A stretch of DNA of 64,000 bases from Octopus vulgaris (Eukaryota): assembly GCA_951406725.2 (NCBI GenBank), contig OX597819.1, positions 127,906,001-127,970,000 on the forward strand. Reading direction: 5' to 3'. Position 1 is the stretch's first letter. Each line of letters begins with the position of its first letter. This document shows positions 11,672 through 25,212 of the stretch, in pieces. The notes below the pieces were generated by a model that searched no databases, was not told where the DNA came from, and saw only the letters and a program-made list of their open reading frames with translations. A program made the position numbers and the translations under genes.

Positions 11672-13196
11672 CCGATATTCTCCGTATCTGTATATATGCA
11701 TGCATGCATGCATTCAAGCATACATACATACATACATACATACATACATACATACATACATACATACATACATACATACATACATACATGCATGCATACA
11801 TACATACGATACGATACGACATGCTTCTTTCAGTTTCCTTCAACCAAATCTTTTCACAAGGCGTTGGTCAGCCAGGGAAGGTAGGTCTCATATAGTGAGA
11901 CCACAGGATGGTTTCTAAGACGCTGTGTTCTCCACGGATCTCACCTGAAAGAAATTTTTTAAAAGATCTTTTAACTGGTTATCCTCATATACAACCCGCA
12001 TCCTGTGTGTACACACACACACAAACACACCATACAGACACATACACTCATATATATGCATACACATGCACACAGATATGTACAAACGATCAGATAACTG
12101 TAATTTCCAGGACGAATTAAGGCGACTCAGCATGTGGTAAGACCGGCTGAGCAATAGCGACGGTGGAGCGTTGATCTAAAGTACCTTGTATTATCATTTT
12201 TCTGTTGGTATTTTTGACTTTCTTTCTGTAGAAGCTGATAAAATAGGTAGCAGCAAACATACTGAGGTCAGCATTTCCTTTGCACGCCAAAAACATAATC
12301 ACTGAAATCAATAAAACAAGAAAATATCCATTTAATTACTACAGGTAAAATTACCTGAATTACTCTTCGATCGTTCACCGCATTATGAAATCGTCAACAT
12401 GGCGTTCTGATTGCATTGATTACGTGTCCATTTAAGTGCAACGAAAATTTTCCCGCTCACCCCATATCCAAACACTCTCTCTGCTGCCTTAAACTCTGAT
12501 TTTCTTGAATGTTTCAGCACATGGCACTGTTAACATGGAAATCAGAAGTTGTTACTTAATTTGCATTATAAATGGTTAAATTGTATTTGAGGACACTAAT
12601 ATAATTTTCTAAACAAATATTGATTTCTTTAAATACATAAAACATTGTTTAAACAACACCACCGCGCTATTTGGATGCCTGTTTTCTTTTTCACGGTTAT
12701 GTAAATAGCAAATATTTATGATTGACATGTATCCCTATAATGTAATGATTATTCTGCATGAAACAAAATTCTTCCTCCGATCATAATACGCATGAATAAC
12801 AAGCCTAATATGCATGGGACTTCGGAATTTTTGGCCATGTTCTTTTTACAAACACATGGATCTGGATTCGATTCTACCATTCTACATCATTTCCTGGTCA
12901 CACTAAGGTTTTGTAAGTGAGAAGTAGATGGAACTGTGCAGCTACTGTTGGCTAATAGACCCTATTAAATTCACCATTTAGTTTTATAAGCAGCAGCTCT
13001 TAAAGATGCACTGTTATTTTAAATACATGAAAAACATCCAACTATTTATTATAATTTTTAAATAAAGAGATTTGATTTGTCTTTCTAAGCTTTCTGACTT
13101 TGTCCATGTGACAGCAGATTATCTCACAGTAGATTATCTTCTTAGTAAGATAATGTCTTATCTAAGTCTTATATAGCGTATCTATTTCTGCTTTTC

Positions 13197-13249
<53 letters not shown>

Positions 13250-13256
13250 TGTGTGT

Positions 13257-13327
<71 letters not shown>

Positions 13328-13499
13328 CGTGCGTGCGTGTGTGTGAATACGGAGGGTGATATTAGATTCCGAACTGGTAAAATTGGTAATCTGCAATATG
13401 AAAAACTGACTAGCGCATGGCCAGATGGGGCAACACACCTCTACTCAAAGAGTCGGTACATCTGGTCGTGTTGTAAGAAAATAATAACCACCAACTGTA

Positions 13500-13570
<71 letters not shown>

Positions 13571-13709
13571 AAGACAAATAGATATGTAGATATGTATAGA
13601 TGTACATACATTTATATGTGTATATATATATGTGTGTGTGTGTGTGTTTATATATATATATATATACATATGTATATATATATATAGATAGATAGATAGA
13701 TAGATAGAT

Positions 13710-13768
<59 letters not shown>

Positions 13769-13785
13769 TAGATATAGATATATAC

Positions 13786-13833
<48 letters not shown>

Positions 13834-14184
13834 CTGAATCGCACACACTCGCACACACACAGACGTAGGAACAGTGACTGTATACATGCGTGTATCTGTG
13901 CGCGTGTCTCTGCGTGTGTTTCTGCGTGTGTGGGTGTTTGTCTGCCTGTGCATGTGCGTGTCCGTCCTTGTGTGTGTTTGTGTGTGTATGTGTGTGTGTG
14001 CGTGCGCGCGTGCATGCGTGTGTGTGTGCTTCCATACAAAATGAAATTGTAGCTGTTGCTAATGTAGCTGACCTTGTGAGCATCCGTTCACCGTTAATAT
14101 TACTATCGAAAATTCTTTTCTTCTCTTTATTTTCCTTTACTTATAATTTTATATTTTGTCGTTTCTTTCTTTTTTACTTGTTAT

Positions 14185-14225
<41 letters not shown>

Positions 14226-15451
14226 CATATATATACATACATATATATATATTATATATATATACATATACATATATATATATATATACATATATATATT
14301 GGTATTCTTCTGCAAATAATATTTATTTATTTCTTTTTTTTACTGGGTTCCTAGTATATCGCTAAGGTTATGTTATATCTCTCTACAGAGAATATATGTT
14401 TGTTTAAGAATTTGTTGATTGTATTGTGGCTTTTCATTTTTGTTTATGTTTTACTTTTTTCCCCTCTGTATGCGTATTGTTTGAGGGTGAGTGTACCTGC
14501 CTGTTTGCTTATGTGTGTATTTCTCTATTTGCCTGTGTACATGTATATGTGTGTGTGTGTCTGTGTGAATGTGCTTCGTTGTATTTCTGTTGTTTCTAGG
14601 TAGGTATGTATCGTACACATGGGTCTTTATTACTATAATCATCAGTTATCTCTTCCGTCTCTTCTTTCCGTTTTTTTATTCTCTCTGTTTAGCACAATCC
14701 TTGACAAAAAAAAACAAAAAAAAAACATACACACACAAACAAAAACGAATAAAACTAAAATGGCGGCTTTATTTGAATTTTTTTGTGATTTTGTTTTTGT
14801 TTGTTTTGCCAGCGAATTCAGAATTTGGACGGAATGTATGTCTTTGGGTTGGTGGCAGGAATTGTTGCTCTTCGATGCGCTACATAAAGTTGGACCGCAT
14901 CAACGAGCACCGGTTTTCTACTGCCGTTGAAAAAGATATTCTAAGGAAATAAATATAGCAGTCAAGTTCAGCAAAATTGTTGGTAGCGTGAGTTCTTCGT
15001 CTTTGGTCTACAAGAACATTCTCATCTCGTATAACATCACTTCAATATCAAGTCACATCAAAACCCACACATCACATGTATAAAAGACACACAAAGTGCG
15101 CAAAGCAAACCCAAGCAAATTCATACAAGTACGCAACTCATACGAAAAATATATAACGTATATATACCTTCTACTTTATCATACGCGCGCGCGTGTGTGA
15201 GTGTGTGTGCATGTGTGTATGTGTGTATGTGTGTGTATTATATATCAGCACAGACACACACACACATATACATGATACACGCGCACACATACACATATAC
15301 AAAGAGCAAGAGACCAAGAGTGGGACAGAAAAGAATGGAGAAAATACAGAGATATATACACTCAGGTATGAATGATGTACGTATGCATGTATGTATGTAC
15401 GTACGTACGTACGTATGTATGTATGTATGTATCTATCTATCTATCTTTCTT

Positions 15452-15611
<160 letters not shown>

Positions 15612-16235
15612 TATATGTATATAAATACACTTATATGTATATGTATATATGTATGTTCATATCCATACATTTACACACATATTTACTGCTTGGTGTGTGC
15701 ATTTCTCGTCCAGGTTTATTAATATCAAAAATACTCATAAATTCCCAAAATTTTGGATAATTGCTTTAAAACATGCTGACAGTATCCACTTAATCCTGGA
15801 AATTTTGACTCACTCACAAATGCATCATTCATGCGATTTCTGTTTAGAGAAAATAGCACTAAAAGTCGCACGATATTTGACCCATCGAAAATATGCATCC
15901 CAAGGCAAATTTGCAAAGACCTATGGTCAACTCTATGTCCTGCAAGTTGGAACGTGCATTTATATTAATTTACAATCATTGAATTATATTTGTGTGGGAA
16001 TCTTTGCCAATTAGATGAATAGTAACTTGGATGTGATATAGAAGATTGGCATACAACAAGCAACAATTTCCACAAACTTAAACACACTCACGAATTATGT
16101 ATTATATGGGAGAAGGCATAGGCGTGGGTGTTATCAAATAGTTCGTTTCACAAAAGCGGTGGTTTCTGGTACGTTCTACCTGCGCAGCACTTTGGCCAAG
16201 TTTTCTTTACCATAACTTCGAATTGCCTGGTGCAT

Positions 16236-16380
16236 AAAGACTTACTTCTATCAAGTATATTTGGTATGCTTTTGGTCAACTGGTCGAGAATTTTTTAATC
16301 GTATTGTGCTTGTAAAAACTATTGTTTGAACAAGATTACAGAATTTCAATGATACGCCCGTATGCATGTGTAAATGTATG

Positions 16381-16442
<62 letters not shown>

Positions 16443-16994
16443 TGTGGGCATCAGCTAAAGACACACATGTATGGTGAAAAATTGCTAAATCGTTGTCTCC
16501 CAAAATAGGTTGCCTATAGTATAGATATGTATGCATACATGCGTTCGTCTATGTATGTATAGTTTATTGAAATTGAATGCATATCTCACAACTCGAGTTT
16601 CATGTCAACGTAATCTTCAGCCGAGAACCGTTTCAACCGGTTCTCGTGGTATATTTGTATTCCTTGATGCGGGTGCCTCAGGTGTGTGTCTGCTCACCGG
16701 TTCACTTCTTCTGTTTGCTGGCTGGTTGTTATTTTTCTGCCGCTTCGCTGGTTATATTTTTTGTCAGGTAGAAATATTTTACTACTGTTCTTTTTTATGG
16801 TGAATTGTGCGTATTTTTAATTGGTTTCTTTATTTTAAATTTAGATTTTAATCTACTTAAAAAGACTTACTTCTATCAAGTATATGTGGTACGCTTTTGG
16901 TCAACTGGTCGAGAATTTTTAATCGTATTGTGTTTGTAAAAACTATTGTTTGAACAAGATTACAGAATTTCAATGATACGCACGTATGCATGTG

Positions 16995-17059
<65 letters not shown>

Positions 17060-17114
17060 CAGCTAAAGACATACATGTATGGTGAAAAATTGCTAAATCG
17101 CTGTCTCCCAAAAT
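16236..17114 (+). repeat. Direct duplication of ~265 bp (16236-16505 and 16861-17114) around a unique ~350-bp insert
   Basis: Both copies start AAAGACTTACTTCTATCAAG, contain a (TG)n run and end TGTCTCCCAAAAT. Confidence 0.9.
16584..16626 (-). ncRNA. Minimal type I hammerhead motif (decayed stem II)
   Basis: TCTCGG-CTGAAGA-TTACGTTGACAT-GAAA-CTCGAG-TT-GTGAGA; palindromic stem III ACTCGAGT; AATAAA ~15 nt downstream. Confidence 0.6.
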
Positions 17115-17254
17115 CTCGATTATTTGTGCTACTCAAGCTGTAGAGCTACAAACTTTTCCCTCATTCCGGTGAAAATGTAGTAAACCAATCACTGGTGTTT
17201 CAAAGATACGACACAAGTTTTGCTTCAGTTTGACGATTGATAAGTTCATTAAAA

Positions 17255-17483
17255 GGCGGCGAGCTGGCAGAAACGTTAGCACGCCGGGCGAAATGCGTAG
17301 CCGTATTTCGTCTGCCGTTACGTTCTGAGTTCAAATTCCGCCAAGGTCGACTTTGTCTTTCATCCTTTCGGGGTTGATAAATTAAGTACCAGTTACGCAC
17401 TGGGGTCGATGTAATCGACTTAATCCGTTTGTCGGTCCTTGTTTGTCCCTTCTATGTTTAGCCCCTTGTGGGTAGTAAAGAAA
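17255..17483 (+). mobile_element. SINE family 1, full length
   Basis: Head GGCGGCGAGCTGGCAGAA, B-box-like GAGTTCAAATTCC, tail GTAGTAAAGAAA; imperfect TSD TGATAAGT(T/A)CATT. Confidence 0.9.
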
Positions 17484-17589
17484 CAAGTGTGATAAGTACA
17501 TTTAGAGAGGAATGTTTTGTGATGATGTATAAGTATATGAAATTTCTTTCATTTTTTTCTTTTTTCTTCTGCTTTAGACGTTTTGTTTC

Positions 17590-17810
17590 AAACATGACTT
17601 GATGCCGCTGTAGCGGAAGGGACTACAAAGAGGAGAATGGGTGGGGGCTAACTAATTCAAAAGATACTGATTCACAGAAAGCTTAAACGGCTGAATTCTC
17701 AAAGAACAGAGGAAAACAAGACGATGGGAGTGAGTTCCGAAGAGTAGCAGTTCGACAAAAGAAGCTATTTAAATAAAAAAGACTTATGGAGAACAGGAGG
17801 CTCAATACAC
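17590..17810 (-). mobile_element. Crack/L2-like LINE 3' fragment
   Basis: YLNSFFCRTATLRNSLPSSCFP...QPFKLSVN, a typical RT C-terminal motif (NSFF.RT..LWNSLP). Confidence 0.6.
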
Positions 17811-17820
17811 ATTAAATAAC

Positions 17821-18020
17821 TGGTTTCAAATATTGGCACAAGGCCAGCAATTTCGGAGGTGGGTTGAGTTGATTCTATAGATCCCAGTGCTCAAATAATA
17901 CTTTCATCCCGAAATGATGGAAAGCAAAGTTGACCTCGGTGGGATTCAGAGGGTAAACACGGACGAAACGCCGCTAAGCATTTTAACCGGTCTGCTCAAG
18001 ATTCCGACAGCTCAACACCT
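17821..18020 (-). mobile_element. SINE family 1, older subtype with GGCCTTGTGCCAA..TTTGAAACCA tail
   Basis: Degenerate family head/core with the alternative tail, also seen at 22926-23128, 43273-43480 and 58410-58864. Confidence 0.7.
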
Positions 18021-18125
18021 TTATATATAATGTAATATTGTCTGTATAAACAAAGACATGCTCTCTCTCTCACACACACACGCACTCGCGCACACACATA
18101 CACGCACACCCACCCACATATACGC

Positions 18126-18166
<41 letters not shown>

Positions 18167-18918
18167 TATATCTAAATAAATAAATTTATAGATAAGGATA
18201 ATATCGATCTTATCAAGTGGCCAGCATGGGAATAAATACCATACAAAGGTAATAATTATTTAAAACTATAAATTAAACTATAAAGGGTTTTGACTGCTAT
18301 TTCAGCATGGTGGTATCTCTCAGATACCCTAATTTATAGTTTTATATATATAAACATATGGATCAAAACAGATTGATTCAAATTCGTTGGTACTCCGAGT
18401 TTCAAGCGACATGCTAATCTTCAGCCATTTTGAATCTGAATGAGCGAAGTTGATTACCGTAAGTTGGGCAGCGATTAGTCGGGAAAGGTCACGCGGTGTC
18501 GCAATTTGATGTTGGTACACTAGTGACAACAGTTACTTGGAAAATACCGCATGATGAACAGGAAATCGACCGCGTAGTGAATAGGAAATCGGTCGCGTGG
18601 TTGGAGAGGAAGAAGTAGAAAGGAGCGGTATGTGCAAGTATATACGTATATATGTGCGTGGGTTAATGTGCTCATGTGGTTTTGCGTGTATGTCCTTATT
18701 TATGCCAGTGTGCAGATGTTTGCATGGGTGTGCACACACACGCGCCATCAAACACATACAGACACACACATATATAAACGAATATAGGCGCACCAGGGTG
18801 TCCACGCGCGCATGCATACACGCGCACGTATACACACATATACACATGCATGTGCATATATGCATTTCGGTGTAAATGGTTTTTCGTGGCGCGTTTTGCA
18901 ATCCTGTAAAAAATAACA

Positions 18919-19115
18919 ATGGTATTTCTTTATAAGCTTAAAGCTCATGGCGATCGCCGTGCAATGATTAAGGAAAATAGTCTAATAAAGGGGCATATAA
19001 GCCCTCGACAGAAAAAAGAAGGCCTTCCTATCCTTATATGTCCCTTTATTAGACTACTTTCCTTAGTCATTGCACAGTGATCGCTATAAACTTTAAGCTT
19101 ATATAAAAATACCAT
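18919..19115. repeat. Inverted repeat (arms 18919-19001 / 19033-19115, 31-nt spacer)
   Basis: ATGGTATTT..TATAAGCTTAAAG...CATATAAG / CTTATATG...CTTTAAGCTTATA..AAATACCAT. Confidence 0.9.
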
Positions 19116-19132
19116 ATATGTGTGTGTGAGTG

Positions 19133-19176
<44 letters not shown>

Positions 19177-19549
19177 CGTGATCTCCGTGACCGACCAGGC
19201 TATCAGATGTTTCTACACATCGCTGGTCACAATGCGCTTCGCATTGCTTTAGCCTTCAAATGACGCCACCCCGCTGGGTAAGCGAGCAGGCCAATATATA
19301 TATATATACTTACTTATATATACACAAACACAAGCATATATATATAATTATGTATATATATATATGCACGCGCACACACATACACCCACATGCACACACA
19401 TATATTTATTCTTGCGCGCGCACACATGTATGCAAAAGTGTACTCTCGCGCGCGTGTGTTTAGTGTAGTTGCCCATAAAAAGCGTTGGGGATTGTTAATT
19501 GGCGGTCCTGCTCATGAGGGTTGGTTGGTGGCGGTGATCGTGGTGCAGG

Positions 19550-20185
19550 TGGTGGAGGGTAGGAGCTTGAAATTTGCCAGATGGGCATACCTCTGGTGAC
19601 AGCAATAAGATAGATCATATTTCTTGTTGATAGACACTGCAGGTTGTTGAAGGATATGCAGTTTTTTTTTTGCGAAGGTACAGCTGTCAATTAGGGGCGC
19701 CAGGTGAATATTGTTACGGTCTGTCGACAATAGCCTAATTGATGCTGGGTGTTTCGTCTTGGAGGTCACGAAGTCTCCTGAGAAAACGATCTGATCGAGT
19801 GCATATGCTGGGAGTATCTTCCCTTGAAGTCATTGGCTGTCGTACCTGTATATTGCCTAATGATGCCATCGGATGGTGTAAGAGTGGTTCCGTATACTAC
19901 GGCTCTTAAGAAGCAGGATCCTTCTAGAGGGCAGGTGGTGGGGTTTTGGCAATTGTAAGTTGAGGTTAGGGGTTTTACAGGTGCATTTTTACGTTTGTTG
20001 ATGCGTGGGGTGTTAGATGTGATAATGTCTGAGCAGGAGTAGCTCACGTTGACATTATGGGAGTTGAAGAGTTTGTAGCCTCTGGAGAAGTGTTTCTTAA
20101 TTAACGACAAGAAGCCCCTAGCTACGTTGGTTGAAATTTCTAGGTTGAAAGAAGGCGGGTATTTATTACCAGAATATTTTCCTTT
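19550..20185 (-). mobile_element. Penelope-like element GIY-YIG endonuclease relic
   Basis: PSFNLEISTNVARGFLSLIKKHF..FNSHNVNVSYSC...NCQNPTTCPLEGSCFLRAVVY...QYTGTTANDFKGRYSQHMHS...INKKYDL..CCHQ. Confidence 0.88.
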
Positions 20186-20253
20186 TCCTAATCCTTTTTC
20201 TGGTGCGGAGAGGGGGATCGGGGATCGTCCACATACGTGAGTTTCTCAGTAAA

Positions 20254-20322
<69 letters not shown>

Positions 20323-21347
20323 AAACAAACTGACACGCACATTCTTAATGCAGTTTAAAATTGATTTCAATAGTTAAGCACGTGTGCATGCGTATGTGTG
20401 TGTTTGTGTGTGTCTGTGTGTGTGTGCATACGCATGTATGCAATATATGCATATATTCATGCTTGAATGCATATATACATACCTGCACTCATATAGCCAT
20501 ACATACTAAAATAAATACAAAGACGTACGTACTGTTTTATATTTGAGTGTATTATTGTGCTCATATACTGCATATATTTTTGTATATATCCTATTTCTAT
20601 CCGCACACAAGCATATTCTCAAGGAGGTATGCGCACGAACGCATGCAAGAACATAAGTATCTTCACGTCGTGCGTCTTCAAGTATGTGTGTGGGCGTGTA
20701 TATGTGAGGTGACAAGACTAGACAGGTAAGGAATTCGATCCATGTTTAGAGGCCTCTAGGTTTAATGCAACTGTATACCATATTGGATAAAAATGGTCTA
20801 TCCTAAGTTTACTTTGAGATTATCCGAACCTTGTTACTGAAATTAGGTGTACGAAAACTGTATGGAAGCTTGTCGAATAAATTGTACCTACACTTTAAAA
20901 GACCAGCCTTTCCACACTGCATCTTGCTGATATATCTAGATAATTATATTATAGGTATAAATGTCTGAGGAATACTCTTAAATACATTCGGACGCTAATT
21001 TAGCGAGTATTTTGTTCATTTTTAGACCATTTGAATGCTTATTGTCGAAAATGACGGAAAAAATATTATCATTAATGTGTATGAATGTTCATGTGAATTT
21101 TTGTGTGTCTGAAACACATGCGCATTACTCATTTGGATATATGTATTCAATTCATATATTCAGTGGAATAAGTGAATATTAAGTAATTAATAGAAATAAT
21201 AAAACAGATCAAGTATATTCATCCTGATTCGGAACTTCGTCCGGATGTGCTTTCTTATTGAAATACAGGCTAAATTACACTTTGACATCGATGATAAATG
21301 ATCGGCAGTGTTTCCGGAAATATCTTCAAATCAATGTCTCTCTCCTC

Positions 21348-21445
<98 letters not shown>

Positions 21446-22299
21446 GTCTGAGTTCCTTTTAATTTTTATCTTCTTTATTATTTTTTTCAATTAAGCGTTA
21501 TCTGTTTCGTTTCCTCACTGAGTTTCAGATAAAACGCTAAACTGTCCAACGTGATATGATTTGTGGTGGTCATATAAGAGTGCTTAGAGAGTGGCACTAA
21601 TTTGTATGGTTCCGTCAAATGAGAAGGAACAACGGTTAAGAAGTGATTTGTAGCTCATCCGAGATTGGTTTCTAGAAATATAGTAAGGAGTATGACTCAT
21701 GGATCATCCTCAGACAAGAAACATGCTATGAGAATTCGTAAGGAAATGGGTGATGCTGAAACCACACTTGAGCGAAGAAACTAAATTTGTTTTTGGATCA
21801 GATGACATTGTTATCGAATTGGCTACTGGTTGGAACAGTTCAATATTCGATACAGTTCACATGGCAGTACATCTGCACTGCACATGTTCCATAACTAGGG
21901 AAACTGATAAGTGTTCCGGTTGAATGAGTGTGATATTCTTTTAGGCTTAGATCGAACTTATACAGCATAAACTTACAATCAAAGGCAAACGAGCCATCAT
22001 TATGTAGCACTTACTTTATCCAATTTGTGTTTCGAGTGTGATTTGAGGAAAATTTAGCTACTCTTTCTAACTGCCCCAGTATTTCCTCACTGAATCATGT
22101 AGCGGCTTGTTTTACTAAGCTCAGATTTTTCGATAACGAGAATGGAACATGCCTTTACCGTTCTATATGCGTATATGTGTGTGTGCCAATCTTTGTCCGC
22201 TCGCATGCTCTCTTGTGCGTGTATATATATATGAATTTTTTGTGTAATGAGATAAAAAAACCAAGGCTGTATAGATATTAGAGCATTTATAGATAGAAG

Positions 22300-22354
22300 G
22301 TCTTACAGCTGTTTCTAGAATATTAATTAATAATAAAATCCCTTCATCGGAGAC
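22300..22354 (-). ncRNA. Minimal hammerhead-like motif with CCGAUGA core
   Basis: GTCT-CCGATGA-AGGGAT...ATTCTA-GAAA-CAGCTG-TA-AGAC; stem I GTCT/AGAC; palindromic stem III ACAGCTGT. Confidence 0.65.
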
Positions 22355-22553
22355 GGTGTGAGAGGAAAAATTAAGTCATAGTTAGTTTAGATGTGATACA
22401 AATAGAGAGTGAGTGGAGGAAAGAAAATAGATTTAAGATATATATGGTTATTGAGCTCATAAATCCGTTTTATAGGCATAATGGTATATATGACACCATT
22501 ATCTCTTAAAAACTTAACTTCTCGCTATATATATATATATAGATAGATATATG

Positions 22554-22589
<36 letters not shown>

Positions 22590-22925
22590 CGTATGAATTT
22601 CTACACACACACACACCCACAAACATATATACAAACATAGACAGTCCGTCACGAGGTCCTTCTCTCTTTTTTCCCCAAACATAAACAGTATAGAAAAAAA
22701 CATGTATTTGTTCTATGGTTCCTGTTATTTAATCCAAGGTGAGACCGTGTAATATTTAAATTTATTTCAGTTCTTTTGATCCACACTTTTGATACATAAC
22801 GATTTATCAAATAATGACGAGTTGCAAAAGCAAAATATATGCAAATTAGGCTTTTCGCGACGGTGATACCCTAATTCATGACTGCCTTTTAAGCATTTGA
22901 CTAATGTTATACATGTGTACGTCCT

Positions 22926-23128
22926 TGCGGCGAGTTCGCAGAATCGTTAACACGCCAGGCAAAATGCTTTGCAGCATTTCGTCTGTCTTTAGGATCTGTT
23001 TTCAAATTTTGCCTAGATCGAAATATATACCGGCTGAACATAAAATAAGTACCAGTTGAACACTGGGGTCAATGTGAGGGACCTATCTCCCCCGAAATTG
23101 CTTGCTTTGAGCTAAAGTTTGAGACCAA
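22926..23128 (+). mobile_element. SINE family 1, degenerate, alternative tail
   Basis: GCGGCGAGTTCGCAGAATCGTTA...AAGTACCAGTTGAACACTGGGGTC...TTTGAGACCA. Confidence 0.7.
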
Positions 23129-23139
23129 TATTTTATGGG

Positions 23140-23523
23140 TGATGGAAGCACCCCGTCGGTTACGACGACGAGGGTTCCGGTTGATCCGATCAACGGAACA
23201 GCCTGCTCGTGAAATTAACGTGTAAGTGGTTGAGCACTCCACAGACACGTGTACCCTTAACGTTGTTCTCGGGGATATTCAGCGTGACACAGAAAGTGAC
23301 AAGGCCGGCCCTTTGAAATACAGGTACAACAGAAACAGGAAGTAAGAGTGAGAGAAAGTTGTGGTGAAAGAGTATAGCAGGGATCACCACCATCCCTGCC
23401 GGAGCCTCGTGGAGCTTTAGGTGTTTTCGCTCAATAAACACTCACAACGCCCGGTCTGGGAATCGAAACCGCGATCCTACGACCGCGAGTCCGCTGCCCT
23501 AACCACTGGGCCATTGCGCCTCC
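23140..23523 (-). mobile_element. tRNA(Arg)-like SINE family 2, tail type I
   Basis: Head GGAGGCGCAATGGCCCAGTGG..GTTTCGATTCC (A/B boxes); TSD-like CCAATATTTTA on both sides. Confidence 0.88.
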
Positions 23524-23541
23524 AATATTTTATATATATAT

Positions 23542-23584
<43 letters not shown>

Positions 23585-24058
23585 TTCATACAAAGAAAGA
23601 GAGAGAGTGGAGAAGAGAGAATGTAGATTCTACGTGGTCACTCGATGTGCTAGATGTAGCAGTCAAAATACCACTGCGTTGAATAAAGGAAGCACATTGC
23701 ACAATGAAATCTCTTATAAATGAAATGACAAGATGTTAACAGCTTGAGTGCCTTTGATGATCGATGTTTCAGTATTAATAGGGGCTGAACTATGTTTCGG
23801 CAACAACGTCGACAACAACAACAACGGCTATATAATGTAGGAATGCAGAAAAAACAATTAAAGCTCCAATCAATTAAGCAAGTATCTAGCTATTAACCAC
23901 TGTCACGTGTAAATAGAATGGATCGTGTATAATGTAGAAGTGAATAACAAAGTGCTTTTATAATAAAGATCGTGTAAGTGTTTTTCGTTATTTTATTTTA
24001 TTGTTATCCATTCCGCTGCTGCTGCTGCTACTGCTGCTACTGTTGTTGCTGTTGTTGC

Positions 24059-24089
<31 letters not shown>

Positions 24090-24634
24090 AGTGACTATGT
24101 GGTGTTGATCTAATGACGTCGTGGTGCAGTGAAATCAACCGAATGAAAGAAAATAATGGATCTCATGCGGTCAAACCGGAAAGGAATATGAATGTCTTCC
24201 GGTTGAGCATTCATGAAACAATACCATTTCCATGACACCGACTCCAAGAAAGACACTTTCTTTTTCTTTTTTTTTTGTAAATAGTTGGAAACAGATTCTT
24301 CATTATGGAATCAAAACCCTCCAAAATGGCACAATGGTTCGCGCGTCAGACATAATGCTGAGGGGTTATTTTTCCAGGCTCTCTACATTTTCAGTTCAAA
24401 TTCCGTCGCTGTAGACTTTGCCCCTCGTCCTTTAAAGTCGTAAAGGAAATACCGCTCAATTACTTGGGTCCATGTAATAGACGACACCCTCCTGAAAAAA
24501 TATTCGGGCATTGTGCTTAAATTAGAAAGGATCCTTATTATTATTGCAAACTAGATCAAGGTCGGCAGCATTAGAAGATCGGTAAAAAATGGCATTCTTT
24601 GTTCAAATCCAACCGTGATCAATTCTGCCTTTCA

Positions 24635-24722
<88 letters not shown>

Positions 24723-25212
24723 TGTGTGTCTGTGTGTATGCATGTATGTATGTATATAATTTGCAGTAGCCATTTGATTAAATCACCAATTTAGGGCGGA
24801 GAATAGCATATCCATGTATCCATGTATAGATCGATGTATAAATATGTTTATTAATATGAGTTGTGTGTTTTTTTGCCTATGTACGTGAGTGTATGTGTTT
24901 GCGGGCTTGAGAGAAAGAGTGTGTGTGTGTGTGTGTGTGTGTGTGAGCGAGAGAGAAGGGGAGGTTACAACAGTCAGGATCTAGATACGACAACGAAGCT
25001 TAGTGATGTGCTTGTACTTTCGTAATCAACGCTACCTCTCGTCGGATGATCAGGCTTTTTGATTTTACAAATTAAATCAAAGTGATTTTGTGGTATATAA
25101 AGACTTGATATCACAACGCATCGACATCAAAACTAACATGGTCTGTTAAATCGAAATTTTAAGGATCGATATAGAATTTCTGTTAACCAGGTTTGCGAAT
25201 ACTGCTGTTGCT

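Noticed and set aside
12111-12136. 26-nt plus-strand micro-exon (DELRRLSM)
   Set aside because: AG/GT boundaries are present but the pyrimidine tract is weak and such matches arise by chance.
23450-23523. tRNA gene
   Set aside because: tRNA-like A/B boxes are SINE heads continuing into body and tail with TSDs; no complete cloverleaf.
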